A stretch of DNA of 37,635 nt, from assembly GCA_016788605.1 (NCBI GenBank), contig JAEUSO010000003.1, forward strand, positions 1-37,635, given 5' to 3'. The translations under genes and the position numbers were made by a program. Position 1 is the stretch's first letter; each line of letters begins with the position of its first letter. The notes under the pieces were generated by a model. That model was not told where the DNA came from. It did not search any database and was given only the letters and a program-made list of their open reading frames with translations. Below are positions 18,371-28,405 of the stretch, in pieces. This stretch comes from Candidatus Kapaibacterium sp. (GTDB lineage: Bacteria > Bacteroidota > Ignavibacteria > Kapaibacteriales > NICIL-2).

Positions 18371-18430
18371 GAAACGGCGAGAGAACGACATTCAACGAAC
18401 AGCGTCTGATTTCACTACGCGCATAACACG

Positions 18431-19978
18431 ATGGCATCACCACGTACAAAGAAACGGTCTGCAACAGCAACGTCCGGACAGACGGAGTTGCAGGATTTCG
18501 CCGCGCTCAGTAAACAGATTGACCGTTGCGTTGAGGAAGCCGACTACGAAGCCGCGATTGAACTTATCAAGCGGTTGGAATCACGTGCCACGAACGACCC
18601 CACAGGACACGCAATATGGATTGTCCACAACCAATACGGGCGTGTGTATCAGCGTCGTAACGAGTTCGGCTCGTCGTTAGAAGCGCACAACCGCGCACTT
18701 GATATTGCCGCTGAAATCAATGATCTTCGTTGCCGTGCATCATCGCTTCATAATATCGGTCTGGTGTACCAGTACACAGGCAGCTACGATGTGTCGCTTG
18801 AGTATTTTAATAAGAGCTATGTGCTGAAGGTGCAGATTGGCGATGACAGGTTGCTGACAACCACATTGCATGAAATGGGAAACACACTCTCGAAACTCGG
18901 CAGGCACGAAGCCGCAGTTCCGCTATTCAAGGAAGCCCTTGCTATCAAGGAGCGGCTCGGCACTGCGTGGAGTACGGCATCAACAATGATGAGTATCGGT
19001 ATCTGCTTTCAGCACATGAATAAACTCGATGAATCGCTTGAGTACCATTTCAGCGCACTCGCACTCAAGGAAGGTCATCCGAACATCCTCTCGTATGCGT
19101 ATTCACTTCAGAATATCGCAGAAGTGTACCGGATGCAGGAGCAGTTCGAAAAAGCAATCGAGTTTGCACTGCGTGGATTGGAAATCAAGCGGAAGCAGAA
19201 CAACCGGCTCGACATCGGCACATCGCTCTTGCTTCTGACGGAGGCGCATAGCTGTCTGGGCAATGGCACAGACGCACTGAACTACGCCAATGAACTCGCG
19301 GCAGTTGCCGATACAATGGGAATGCAACACACCACAACAATGTCATGCCGCGCACTCTCGCTTGCATACGAGGCACTTGGCGATCCGGCAGCCGCCTTGC
19401 AATGGCACAAGCGTTTCCACGAATCACTCATGAAGGAACGCCATGACGAATCCATCAGGCGCGTTGAATTGCTGATGGTTGTGCATGAGTTCGATAAAAC
19501 AAAACACCGCGCCGAGTTGGAACGTCTCCGTGCTGAGGCATTAGAGCGCGAGCTTGCACTGAAGAACAAGGAACTGACGACACTCGCGCTGACCCTTGCA
19601 CAAAAGAACGAGGCGCTGACGCGGTTGAAATACGATATTGAGAAGGCATATCAAGAGGGCAATGCGGCAAGCAGGATCAGCGGCATCCGGCGCGAGGTGG
19701 CAGCCACCCTGAGCGGCGACACCTCGTGGCATGTGTTCGAGCAACAGTTTCAAAGCGTCCACAATGATTTTCTTCAACGCATATCGTCGCGCTACCCCTC
19801 GCTGACGGCAATCGAACTGCGCGTGTGTTCGCTGCTGAAGCTGCAACTCTCGACCAAAGAGATAGCCCACCTTCTGTGCATTGAACCGAAGTCGGTTGAA
19901 GTATATCGCTACCGCATCCGCAAGAAAATGAATGTGGACAGCTCAGCCAATCTTGCGTCGTTTTTCAGTGCGTTGTAG
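18431..19978 (+). CDS. TPR-repeat protein with C-terminal LuxR-type HTH
   Basis: About 7 TPR-like repeats (SLHNIGLVY, TLHEMGNTL, SLQNIAEVY); LTAIELRVC...STKEIA...SVEVYRYRIRKK. Confidence 0.85.
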   Translation: MASPRTKKRSATATSGQTELQDFAALSKQIDRCVEEADYEAAIELIKRLESRATNDPTGHAIWIVHNQYGRVYQRRNEFGSSLEAHNRALDIAAEINDLRCRASSLHNIGLVYQYTGSYDVSLEYFNKSYVLKVQIGDDRLLTTTLHEMGNTLSKLGRHEAAVPLFKEALAIKERLGTAWSTASTMMSIGICFQHMNKLDESLEYHFSALALKEGHPNILSYAYSLQNIAEVYRMQEQFEKAIEFALRGLEIKRKQNNRLDIGTSLLLLTEAHSCLGNGTDALNYANELAAVADTMGMQHTTTMSCRALSLAYEALGDPAAALQWHKRFHESLMKERHDESIRRVELLMVVHEFDKTKHRAELERLRAEALERELALKNKELTTLALTLAQKNEALTRLKYDIEKAYQEGNAASRISGIRREVAATLSGDTSWHVFEQQFQSVHNDFLQRISSRYPSLTAIELRVCSLLKLQLSTKEIAHLLCIEPKSVEVYRYRIRKKMNVDSSANLASFFSAL

Positions 19979-20006
19979 GAGGGGGACTGCGGCGACGGTA
20001 TTCAAT

Positions 20007-20039
20007 AAAAAATCCCCTGCGGCATAACCACAGGGGATG
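20007..20039 (-). terminator. Intrinsic terminator (possibly bidirectional)
   Basis: Minus strand ATCCCCTGTGG-TTATG-CCGCAGGGGAT then T5, between convergent genes. Confidence 0.8.
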
Positions 20040-20079
20040 ATGTTTCTACGGCTTAGTATGCCGCAATCACGCGCCGGAC

Positions 20080-22242
20080 TTAGCGGATGATGTTGATGAG
20101 TTTGGTTGTTGTATGCGCGCCTTGGCGGACGTTCAGGTAGTAGGAACCCGACGGCAAGGAAGCGGTGGAAACAAGATGGTAATTCATACCTGTTTCTGTT
20201 GCTTGTGCAACTGCCGAATACAGAACCGAACCAACAGAGTTTGTGATTGTCACCGATGCATTGCCCGATTCTGTGCCACGGAATGCAACTGTCACGTTAT
20301 CTACAGCCGGGTTTGGTGCTGCTTCTACAACGATAGGCGATGTGTTCACCGACTCGTCCACGCTGACAATGCCATCCACGGTGTATTCTTGCGCTGTGTT
20401 GAAATCAACCAATGCGTAGCGTGTGTATTGCTTGTACGCTTCATAATCGCCGGCAAGATCGGTTGCCAAACGGTATTGGTTGCCGTATTCTGTTTCGTAG
20501 CGGGTTGCGCCGGTGGCTGCCGATGAAACTGTGAGCAACGGAATCTTGAGGTCGTTCGGAACAACAGGAGGAATCCATGTGATACGGTCAATCATGGTTG
20601 TGTTGGTCAAGTTGCGGAACTTCGACCACTGACCGCCGCTGACGGGGCGTGTAGCCATCACAACATCAGTCGAGAGAACTGTGTCGGGGGCAACAACATC
20701 GCCTGCTTCGTTTTTACGACCGATACCATTCGGGAAAATGTCACGGCGAACATCTAACATTTTCAAGACAAGTGTTTTGCCGTCGGCTGTCAATGCCAAT
20801 TGTGTTTCGTTGCCCTTTTGGCTTGCCTGCCAGTTATACACACCTGATGTACCGCTCAAGAATTTGTTGTAGAAATTCAGTGTCTCGAAAAGTGAGTACT
20901 CGCCAAGATCAACAAGTGTCCATGCCGAGCCGTCATACTTTGCTTCTACAAGTCGGGCATTTAATCCTGCACGTCCTGCACGTGTATCATAGAAGATACC
21001 TATACAACTGTATTGATTATCACCATAGACGATGAAGTCCTTACCGGAACTGACAGTCGAGTCATTGACAAATGACGTCCCGAAATCATCAGCTACTCCG
21101 CCGCGGCGAAGCGGGAATGAGTAACGGAATGAGGAACTGTCGGGACTCCATCCCAAACTTGTTGCAAAAGCACGGATTGTTGATGTCATCAATGGATTCA
21201 TTGTACTCCACGTGGTACCGTTATCGCTCGAACGGGTAACGCCAAAGGTAACAGTATTTTCCGCGCCGTCGGCAGCAGCTACGATAGAGCCGAATGCACA
21301 GACATACATAACACCATTGTGTACGCTGTTGCCGACCAAGTTATTGGTACGGGTGTTTGCCGCTGTATTTGCCGTAAATGTAGCGTAACCAAGCGGCGGC
21401 GGAACAAGCGTGTTTTGATCGCCGGATTCCAAATCGAAACGGATAAGACCGATATCGCTGTTTGTTTCCGGACCGCGTCCCGAATTATTCTGGTTGCTGA
21501 GTGTTGATGAGAAAACAACGATGGAACCGTTCGGGTTGGTATTATTAATTGCAACACCTGCATCACTGCCAAAACGCTTCACGCTGTTTCCGTCTTTCGG
21601 GTCATGACCTTCCAATGTGCTGCCAAAGTAGGTTGTTGCAGCATTATTTTCCTGAACACCGACTGTTGCGCCTTCCCATGTTGCGCCTGCTGTCCCCTTA
21701 GTCATCGGTGTAAAGAATGGAAACGAGAGTAAGGTACGGTCTGTTTCTTTACCGCCGGGGTTTTTAATATCCAATGTAGGATAGCGGGGATTGCCAATAG
21801 TGGTATTTCCCGTATAGACAGGTATCGAAGGATTCCATGTTGCACCCGCATCGTTTGAAGTTTTGATTTTTACGCTATTCGACGTATTGCGTTCCTGTCC
21901 TGCGGGAGTGTTGTCGAATGGGAATGCGCCACGGGTCATGGTGGCAAGTGTGTTAGATACCGGATCCCACACAAGCGGACGTTGCGTATCGCCATAGTAG
22001 GAAAACGCATTGAAGAGCGAGTCAATCACTTTGAAATTTGCCGACTGTAGCGACGGTGCTGATTTACCGTTGTGGATGGTTGTGGGGATTTGTTTGCGTA
22101 TCCCCGTAATAGTGCCGCTGATGGGGTTAGCATCACGCTTCGGCGTAATTGCAATCTCTCCGGCGGGTGTTCCGGCGGTTGCAGTGGTTGCCAGCAGCGA
22201 TGCACAAAGCGCGGCATTGGCAAAAAGGGTAGTAACCTTCAT
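20080..22242 (-). CDS. Large secreted protein with Asp-box motifs and T9SS type-A CTD
   Basis: Start MKVTTLF at 22242 with GGAG upstream; signal peptide; SNDAGATW, SSDNGTTW; APNPA...LPSGSYYLNV...KLINIIR. Confidence 0.8.
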   Translation of the reverse strand: MKVTTLFANAALCASLLATTATAGTPAGEIAITPKRDANPISGTITGIRKQIPTTIHNGKSAPSLQSANFKVIDSLFNAFSYYGDTQRPLVWDPVSNTLATMTRGAFPFDNTPAGQERNTSNSVKIKTSNDAGATWNPSIPVYTGNTTIGNPRYPTLDIKNPGGKETDRTLLSFPFFTPMTKGTAGATWEGATVGVQENNAATTYFGSTLEGHDPKDGNSVKRFGSDAGVAINNTNPNGSIVVFSSTLSNQNNSGRGPETNSDIGLIRFDLESGDQNTLVPPPLGYATFTANTAANTRTNNLVGNSVHNGVMYVCAFGSIVAAADGAENTVTFGVTRSSDNGTTWSTMNPLMTSTIRAFATSLGWSPDSSSFRYSFPLRRGGVADDFGTSFVNDSTVSSGKDFIVYGDNQYSCIGIFYDTRAGRAGLNARLVEAKYDGSAWTLVDLGEYSLFETLNFYNKFLSGTSGVYNWQASQKGNETQLALTADGKTLVLKMLDVRRDIFPNGIGRKNEAGDVVAPDTVLSTDVVMATRPVSGGQWSKFRNLTNTTMIDRITWIPPVVPNDLKIPLLTVSSAATGATRYETEYGNQYRLATDLAGDYEAYKQYTRYALVDFNTAQEYTVDGIVSVDESVNTSPIVVEAAPNPAVDNVTVAFRGTESGNASVTITNSVGSVLYSAVAQATETGMNYHLVSTASLPSGSYYLNVRQGAHTTTKLINIIR

Positions 22243-22513
22243 AATGTCTCCCAATGAGATAAATAAAATACTGTGTTTGATTCTGCGAATCTTTGCCTGT
22301 TGTTTCACGCACTAACACAAGAAATGTCAGTTCTATTCAACTAATGACTGACAAATTAAGAATGACAAGTATTTCGGCAAGCAGACGCTTTGCTCTACTG
22401 TACAAGAATCTTCGCTGCGAAACCTGATGTATCTTGCCGATGTTATCGCGCAGTGGGCAATGAAACCGCCCCGAACACGTGATAGCAGCATATCATATTT
22501 CTGACTCGAACAC

Positions 22514-24565
22514 ATGAAAAATATTCTCCGTTTCTTGGTTTGTATCGCGCTTGCCGCAACGCCGCTTGCAGCACAGCAACCCCTCAATGCCGATATCATC
22601 ATGCAGCGCACCTTGCAACGCGCCGCCGTTGTTGACGACCATGCTCTGGCTGCCGAACCCCGACTCCGTCCGTTCTACCACGGCGTGGCAAGCGGCGACC
22701 CCCTTGCCGACCGCGTTATTCTGTGGACGCGCGTCACCCCCGAAACCAACGACCCTGTTTCCGTGCAGTGGCGCATTGCCACCGATACCGCCTTTGCCAA
22801 CGTCGTCCGGCGCGGCGAACTAACGACAAACGCCCAACGCGACTTCACCGTAAAAGTGGATGTGGACGGTTTGCAACCCAACACCACCTATTACTACGGG
22901 TTCTCCGCACTTGGCGCACATTCGCTCACTGGCAGAACAAAAACGCTACCCGTTGGCAATTACGACCATGCGCGTATCGGTGTGGTCTCGTGCAGCAATT
23001 TGCAGTCGGGCTATTTCAATGCCTATGCACGAATCGCCGAGCGAAACGACCTTGACGCGGTATTGCACTTGGGTGATTATATCTACGAATACGCCGCCGA
23101 TACCACTGGCGCGAACAACTGGGTTGTGCAGAACGCCCGCATCCCGCGACCCAACAAGGAAATCCTGACCCTTAGCGACTACCGCACACGCTACGCCACC
23201 TACCGCTTAGACCCCGACCTGCGCCGCTTGCACCAACAGCATCCGTTTATCAATGTGTGGGACGACCATGAGTTTGCAAACGATGCGTGGGCGGACGGGG
23301 CGCAAAACCACCAAACGGAGGAAGGCGATTGGAACGTGCGGAAGTCGGTCTCGAAACAAACCTATTACGAATGGATGCCCATCCGCGAGCGCAGCGACAC
23401 CACCATTCACCGCTCGTTTGCCATCGGCGACTTAGTGGACGTGTTCATGTTGGATACCCGCATCGAAGCGCGGCAGAAACAAGTATCCAACGTTGCCCCC
23501 GATGCGCCGAAGGAATCGAAGGATTCGCTGAATAATCCCAACCGCACCATGCTTGGCGCAACGCAATACGCATGGCTTACTCAAGGGCTTAGCTCCTCGA
23601 CCGCGCAGTGGAAGCTGCTTGGAAATCAAGTGATGTTCACGCCGATAAAAACAACACCGGTTGATACCACACCGCTTTCGGCTTCAGGCAAGCTGCTCCT
23701 GCCGTTTGCGCTGCCGCTGCTGCAAAGCCGGTTCACCACCGACCTCTGGAGCAATTACCCCGCCGAGCAGCAACGCCTGATGAGTCATATCCGCACAGGC
23801 AACATCAAGAATGTGCTGATTACGACAGGTGATTTTCATTGCGGTTTCGGATTCGATGTTGCCGAAAGTCCCGCCGCCTACAACGGCAGCAACGGTCTTG
23901 CCTGCGAATTCCTAACGCCAAGCATCAGTTCAACCAACTTCGACGAAAACATCCGCAGCGTGTCGTTCGCCGCACCACTTATGCCCGAACTTGTGCGTGC
24001 AATGGACCTGACGCTTGCCAAAAATAACCCGCAGATGAAATACGGCGACTTAGTGCAGCACGGTTACGTTCTTCTCGACATCACGCGGCAGCGCACCCAG
24101 GCGGATTGGTACCATGTGGATACGCTCTTGCTAAAAACATCGGTCGAGCGGTTTGCAAAAGGACTTCTTACCCAATCGGGCGAAAGCCGGTTGCAAAATG
24201 CCGCAACACCCGCATCGCCAAAGGCGCAGCAGCAAATCCCCGCGCCGCCTTTCCCTCCGGCGTTTATCGTCAGTGTGAACAACGCCAACGAGAGTGAAAC
24301 CTCCGACATCGTTCTGCTCTCGCTGTATCCCGCGCCGGCATCATCGCTTATCGCCATGAACTACTCGCTTGCCTCGGCGCAGAACCTGCACATTGCGCTC
24401 TATGATATTCGCGGACGCGAAGTGGCAACCATCTTGGACGGACGGCGCGACGCGGGGATGCATTCATTGGTAGCCGACTGCTCGGCGCTTGCAAGCGGAA
24501 CGTATGTGCTTCGCATTCTTGGCAACGGTGCATCCGTTACGCGCACCATCGAAATCCGCCGGTAA
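22514..24565 (+). CDS. phoD: Alkaline phosphatase D with T9SS CTD
   Basis: FYHGVASGDP, ILWTR, LHLGDYIYE, WDDHE..ND, LDTR, TGDFH; C-terminal YPAP...LASGTYVL. Confidence 0.9.
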   Translation: MKNILRFLVCIALAATPLAAQQPLNADIIMQRTLQRAAVVDDHALAAEPRLRPFYHGVASGDPLADRVILWTRVTPETNDPVSVQWRIATDTAFANVVRRGELTTNAQRDFTVKVDVDGLQPNTTYYYGFSALGAHSLTGRTKTLPVGNYDHARIGVVSCSNLQSGYFNAYARIAERNDLDAVLHLGDYIYEYAADTTGANNWVVQNARIPRPNKEILTLSDYRTRYATYRLDPDLRRLHQQHPFINVWDDHEFANDAWADGAQNHQTEEGDWNVRKSVSKQTYYEWMPIRERSDTTIHRSFAIGDLVDVFMLDTRIEARQKQVSNVAPDAPKESKDSLNNPNRTMLGATQYAWLTQGLSSSTAQWKLLGNQVMFTPIKTTPVDTTPLSASGKLLLPFALPLLQSRFTTDLWSNYPAEQQRLMSHIRTGNIKNVLITTGDFHCGFGFDVAESPAAYNGSNGLACEFLTPSISSTNFDENIRSVSFAAPLMPELVRAMDLTLAKNNPQMKYGDLVQHGYVLLDITRQRTQADWYHVDTLLLKTSVERFAKGLLTQSGESRLQNAATPASPKAQQQIPAPPFPPAFIVSVNNANESETSDIVLLSLYPAPASSLIAMNYSLASAQNLHIALYDIRGREVATILDGRRDAGMHSLVADCSALASGTYVLRILGNGASVTRTIEIRR

Positions 24566-24568
24566 TGT

Positions 24569-25147
24569 TTATGGGTGAACGGGCGGCGCGTAGGGCAGGT
24601 AATACGGGCTGATAAGCAGATACACAATCACACCGGTCACCGCCACATACAGCCACACGGGAAACGTATAGCGAGCCAAGCGTTTGTGGCGTGCGTAATC
24701 GCCCGTCAGCGAGCGGTACGACGTGAACAGAATGAACGGAAGAATCACCGCCGCAAGAATAATATGCGTGATAAGGATGATGTAATACACCGTCCGCACA
24801 ACGCCCTCGCCGCCGAATGTTGTCTCGCCCGCTAACAAATGGTGCGCGATATACGAGACAAGAAACAAGACCGAAAGCAAAATAGCCGCAAGCATCAGTT
24901 TTTTATGTGCAACGAACCGCTTGCGCCGGACAGCAACAAACGCCGAAACAAGCAGCACACTCACGGTGGCGTTGATACACGCATTGGCGAGAGCAAATAG
25001 GTGCGGGTCGAATCCTACATCAACCTGAAGCTGTACCCTGCCAAGTATAACAACGGCAAGAAAGACCACTGCCGAAACAGAATAAATGATAAGACGCGCA
25101 CGCGATTCGTTGGGCGCGAACATGGGACGAAGTGATGAATCAAGCAT
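24569..25147 (-). CDS. DUF420 family membrane protein
   Basis: NACIN, HKKLM, FLVSY..HH, FGGEG..R..YY.ILITH, HKRLAR.TFP.WLYVAVTG. Start probably 25147 or 25123. Confidence 0.85.
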   Translation of the reverse strand: MLDSSLRPMFAPNESRARLIIYSVSAVVFLAVVILGRVQLQVDVGFDPHLFALANACINATVSVLLVSAFVAVRRKRFVAHKKLMLAAILLSVLFLVSYIAHHLLAGETTFGGEGVVRTVYYIILITHIILAAVILPFILFTSYRSLTGDYARHKRLARYTFPVWLYVAVTGVIVYLLISPYYLPYAPPVHP

Positions 25148-25234
25148 AGACGGGTAATAAATGTTGTGAACGTACCGCCGTGGGTGGCGCACCGCGAAAA
25201 TACTGCACGGAACAGCGTACCGCATCTGCCTTCG

Positions 25235-25304
25235 GCGGACGGCACCGCACCACGCGTTTCACCACCACCCGCCCTCTGCCGGAAAGCGCAGTCCGCTTTC
25301 ACCC
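25235..25304 (-). repeat. Dispersed non-coding element, copy 2 (inverted relative to copy 1)
   Basis: Exact 23-nt and 14-nt blocks shared with 9137-9159 and 9183-9196, separated by the same 23-nt spacing. Confidence 0.9.
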
Positions 25305-25384
25305 AAGCATTTTGCGACGCGGCTTCAACAATACCGTCTGCGGTGATTGAAGAAGCGCCAGCGATGAGATGAAGTTCCAATATT

Positions 25385-25605
25385 GCAGAATTGTATCACT
25401 CTGAAACCCTTGAATAGAAGTTTCACGAATCATACTACTCTTTACGGGAATACGCTTTCAGTAAATTTCGATGAAACGTATCGTCGCTCAAGTTCATCAC
25501 ACATCAAACTTGATACACTTTCTCACATAACCCGGACCGAGATCCTTATGGGTGGGTATGAAATCCTATATCTACGATAATTTTAGCAACTTCATTTTCA
25601 GTCAT
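25385..25605 (-). pseudogene. GxxExxY (PD-(D/E)XK-like) protein pseudogene, frameshifted and 3'-truncated
   Basis: MTENEVAKIIVDIGFH / HKDLGPG / CEKVYQ / DELERR / KRIPV / QGFQSDTIL read across frameshifts; follows the family order MTENE.....HxxLGPGLxExVY...GFRAD. Confidence 0.75.
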
Positions 25606-25640
25606 ATACTACCTTGTTTTAATTATAGTTCAAGCAAAAT

Positions 25641-25754
25641 CCCGCAAAGGCGCGAAGAGAGAACCCGCAAAGGCGCAAATAACTATTGTATCACACTTGA
25701 AGAATGTACACAATACCACCTTAGCGACTTAGCACCTTTGCCCACTTTGCGTGA
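25641..25754. repeat. CGCAAAG-type short-repeat imperfect palindrome
   Basis: Left arm CCCGCAAAGGCGCGAAG..CCCGCAAAGGCGCAAA; right arm CTTAGCGACTTAGCACCTTTGCCCACTTTGCGTGA (degenerate reverse-complement units). Confidence 0.75.
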
Positions 25755-27794
25755 CTACATATTCCTCCGGTACTGACCGCCAACCTGATAGAGTGCCTGA
25801 CTCATTTGTCCGAGTGAGCAGACCTTAGCGGATTCCATCAATGCCTCGAAGATATTGCCATTGAGAATAGCGGTTTGCTTGAGTGCTTTCAGTGCGCTGG
25901 ATGACGTATCGCTATTACGGTTTTGCACGGCACGGAGATTGGAAATCTGTTGATTCTTTTCCTCAGTGGTTGAGCGGATAACTTCTTGCGGGATGATAGT
26001 TGGAGAACCCTTGCTGGAAAGGAATGTATTCACACCAATGATTGGATATTCGCCCGTGTGCTTTTGCATCTCGTAGTAGAGCGATTCTTCCTGAATCTTG
26101 TTGCGCTGGTACATCATTTCCATTGCACCAAGCACGCCGCCGCGCTCGGTAATCCGGTTGAACTCCGCATACACAGATTCTTCCACAAGGTCGGTCAGTT
26201 CTTCAATAATAAACGAACCTTGCAACGGATTCTCGTTCTTTGCCAAACCAAGCTCGCGGTTGATGATTAGTTGAATTGCCACAGCACGGCGAACCGATTC
26301 TTCGGTCGGTGTTGTAATCGCTTCGTCATAAGCGTTGGTGTGGAGCGAATTACAGTTATCATAAATTGCGTAGAGTGCTTGCAGTGTTGTTCGGATGTCG
26401 TTGAAGTCAATCTCCTGTGCATGAAGCGAGCGACCCGACGTTTGAATATGATATTTAAGCATCTGAGAACGCTCGTTGCCACCATATTTATTTTTCATTG
26501 CTTTCGCCCAAATGCGTCGCGCCACACGACCAATTACTGCATATTCGGGGTCAATGCCATTAGAGAAAAAGAACGAAAGATTCGGCGCAAAGTCGTCAAT
26601 ATGCATCCCGCGTGAAAGGTAGTATTCCACAAAGGTAAATCCATTGGCAAGTGTCAGTGCAAGTTGCGTAATCGGGTTTGCACCTGCCTCAGCAATATGA
26701 TAACCACTTATAGAAACAGAATAGAAATTCCGTACTTTCTTTTCGATAAAATACTGCTGAATATCACCCATCATACGGAGGGCAAACTCCGTTGAAAATA
26801 TACATGTGTTTTGTGCTTGGTCTTCTTTCAGAATGTCGGCTTGAACCGTGCCGCGTACAGATTGCAGTGCTTTTTCTTTGCATTGTGCATACACATCAGC
26901 CGGGAGCACTTGGTCGCCTGTTACACCAAGAAGCATTAAGCCAAGCCCATTATTACCATCTGGTAGAGTATCAACGCCATCACCTGCGGCTATGTTGTTG
27001 TAATGCGGACGCGATAATCCTTTAGCTGAATAGATTGCATCAATCTTAGTATTGATTTCGTCGGTCAAGTTGTGTTCGCGGATATATTTCTCGCATTCTT
27101 GGTCTATAGCGGCATTCATAAAGAAGGCAAGGAGCATCGGTGCCGGACCATTGATGGTCATAGATACGGAAGTTGTAGGCGAACTGAGGTCAAAACCTGA
27201 ATAGAGTTTCTTCGCATCATCAAGTGTGGCAATACTCACACCGGAGTTACCAATTTTGCCATAGATGTCGGGTCTCTCATCTGGGTCTTCACCATACAGA
27301 GTAACTGAGTCAAACGCAGTACTCAAGCGGGCGGCAGGCATTCCTTGACTAAGGTAGTGGAAGCGTTTGTTTGTTCGTTCCGGTCCGCCTTCGCCGGCGA
27401 ACATTCGTGTTGGGTCTTCACCCTGACGCTTGAATGGATAAACGCCTGATGTGTAGGGAAATTCACCCGGAAAATTTTCTTGCATAGCCCAACGCACAAT
27501 CTCACCCCAATCTTCAAATTTGGGTACAGCTATTTTGGGTATCTGCGAGTGCGAAAGTGATTCGATAAAGTTCTTCACTTTAATCTCTTTCCCACGAACG
27601 GAATAGGTGAAATTCTCGCCTTGATAATTAGCTTTCTTGATTTCCCATTCATCAAGCAGACGCTTCACTTCAGGGCGTAAGTGTTGCACTAATTCCTGAT
27701 AACGTTTCACAAGTTCAGCTTGTGCAACTGTTTGCTTGCCCGAAGCATGCCCGTTAAGTTCGGTGATTCTGTGTTGTTCGAGTGTTGTGTTCAT
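25755..27794 (-). CDS. icmF: Acyl-CoA mutase: C-terminal half of IcmF (part of linker + TIM barrel); lacks B12-binding and GTPase domains
   Basis: [66 protein letters not shown]-terminus; no DxHxxG or Walker A motif. Confidence 0.85.
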   Translation of the reverse strand: MNTTLEQHRITELNGHASGKQTVAQAELVKRYQELVQHLRPEVKRLLDEWEIKKANYQGENFTYSVRGKEIKVKNFIESLSHSQIPKIAVPKFEDWGEIVRWAMQENFPGEFPYTSGVYPFKRQGEDPTRMFAGEGGPERTNKRFHYLSQGMPAARLSTAFDSVTLYGEDPDERPDIYGKIGNSGVSIATLDDAKKLYSGFDLSSPTTSVSMTINGPAPMLLAFFMNAAIDQECEKYIREHNLTDEINTKIDAIYSAKGLSRPHYNNIAAGDGVDTLPDGNNGLGLMLLGVTGDQVLPADVYAQCKEKALQSVRGTVQADILKEDQAQNTCIFSTEFALRMMGDIQQYFIEKKVRNFYSVSISGYHIAEAGANPITQLALTLANGFTFVEYYLSRGMHIDDFAPNLSFFFSNGIDPEYAVIGRVARRIWAKAMKNKYGGNERSQMLKYHIQTSGRSLHAQEIDFNDIRTTLQALYAIYDNCNSLHTNAYDEAITTPTEESVRRAVAIQLIINRELGLAKNENPLQGSFIIEELTDLVEESVYAEFNRITERGGVLGAMEMMYQRNKIQEESLYYEMQKHTGEYPIIGVNTFLSSKGSPTIIPQEVIRSTTEEKNQQISNLRAVQNRNSDTSSSALKALKQTAILNGNIFEALMESAKVCSLGQMSQALYQVGGQYRRNM

Positions 27795-28081
27795 TGAGAT
27801 TGTGTCTGTGTGTTTTGTAGTTGAAGTTGCTGATACAGCCAGTCGGCGCAGGCATCGGGACGCTCAAGTTCGGGAGCGTCTATATCCCACGTCAGCACTG
27901 TGCCATACTGCTCGATAATGACTTTGCTAAATTCTTGCGGATTGGCAATACGTGCAAAAACACCATGACCGATGTCGGATGCAAACGATATATCACCTGA
28001 TACGCCGTCATTGAATACAACCCGAACCCGATAGTCAGGGAGGGATTCCGCACTGTGCAGGATATGATAATCATGGTTCAT
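27791..28081 (-). CDS. DUF2442 protein (putative antitoxin)
   Basis: [17 protein letters not shown]...GT.L.W...D..AD.LY pattern; ATGA overlaps with both neighbours. Confidence 0.75.
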   Translation of the reverse strand: MNHDYHILHSAESLPDYRVRVVFNDGVSGDISFASDIGHGVFARIANPQEFSKVIIEQYGTVLTWDIDAPELERPDACADWLYQQLQLQNTQTQSQ

Positions 28082-28341
28082 TGATCCAAACCCCGAATAG
28101 TAAAAAGTGGTTCTTTACGGGAACGTCGTTCCCAATTATCACGTAATTCTTCCGTATGTAGCATAGTCCATTCAATGACTAATGAGAGAACACGAGGCGG
28201 TAAAGAACCGGCAAGAACAGTTATCGGGTCAAATCCAATAGTCGCTCTATGTTCGCCATACCATGCCTCGAAATGGGGAGGATTATGGTCATTAAAATTC
28301 ATGAGTATTTTAATTCCGAAAAAATATGCTATCTGCGGCAT
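28078..28341 (-). CDS. DUF4160 protein (putative toxin)
   Basis: MPQIAYFFGIKILMNFNDHNPPHF, GSLP.R...LV.EW...H.EEL..NW. Confidence 0.85.
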   Translation of the reverse strand: MPQIAYFFGIKILMNFNDHNPPHFEAWYGEHRATIGFDPITVLAGSLPPRVLSLVIEWTMLHTEELRDNWERRSRKEPLFTIRGLDQ

Positions 28342-28405
28342 GAATCCTCACTCCTTCTTCGTGCTTTGTGTTCCGTGTTCATCGCGGTATAGTCATTGGT
28401 TTATG

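Noticed and set aside
18431-19978. TPR-LuxR protein as a defence or novel signalling system
   Set aside because: Common regulator architecture in this group; no effector domain or suggestive neighbours.
22325-22353. 7-bp inverted repeat TGTCAGT/ACTGACA in the divergent intergenic region before phoD
   Set aside because: Too short to distinguish from chance without comparative data.
25641-25754. Possible CRISPR array
   Set aside because: Units are 7-15 nt and degenerate, with no spacer structure and no cas genes.
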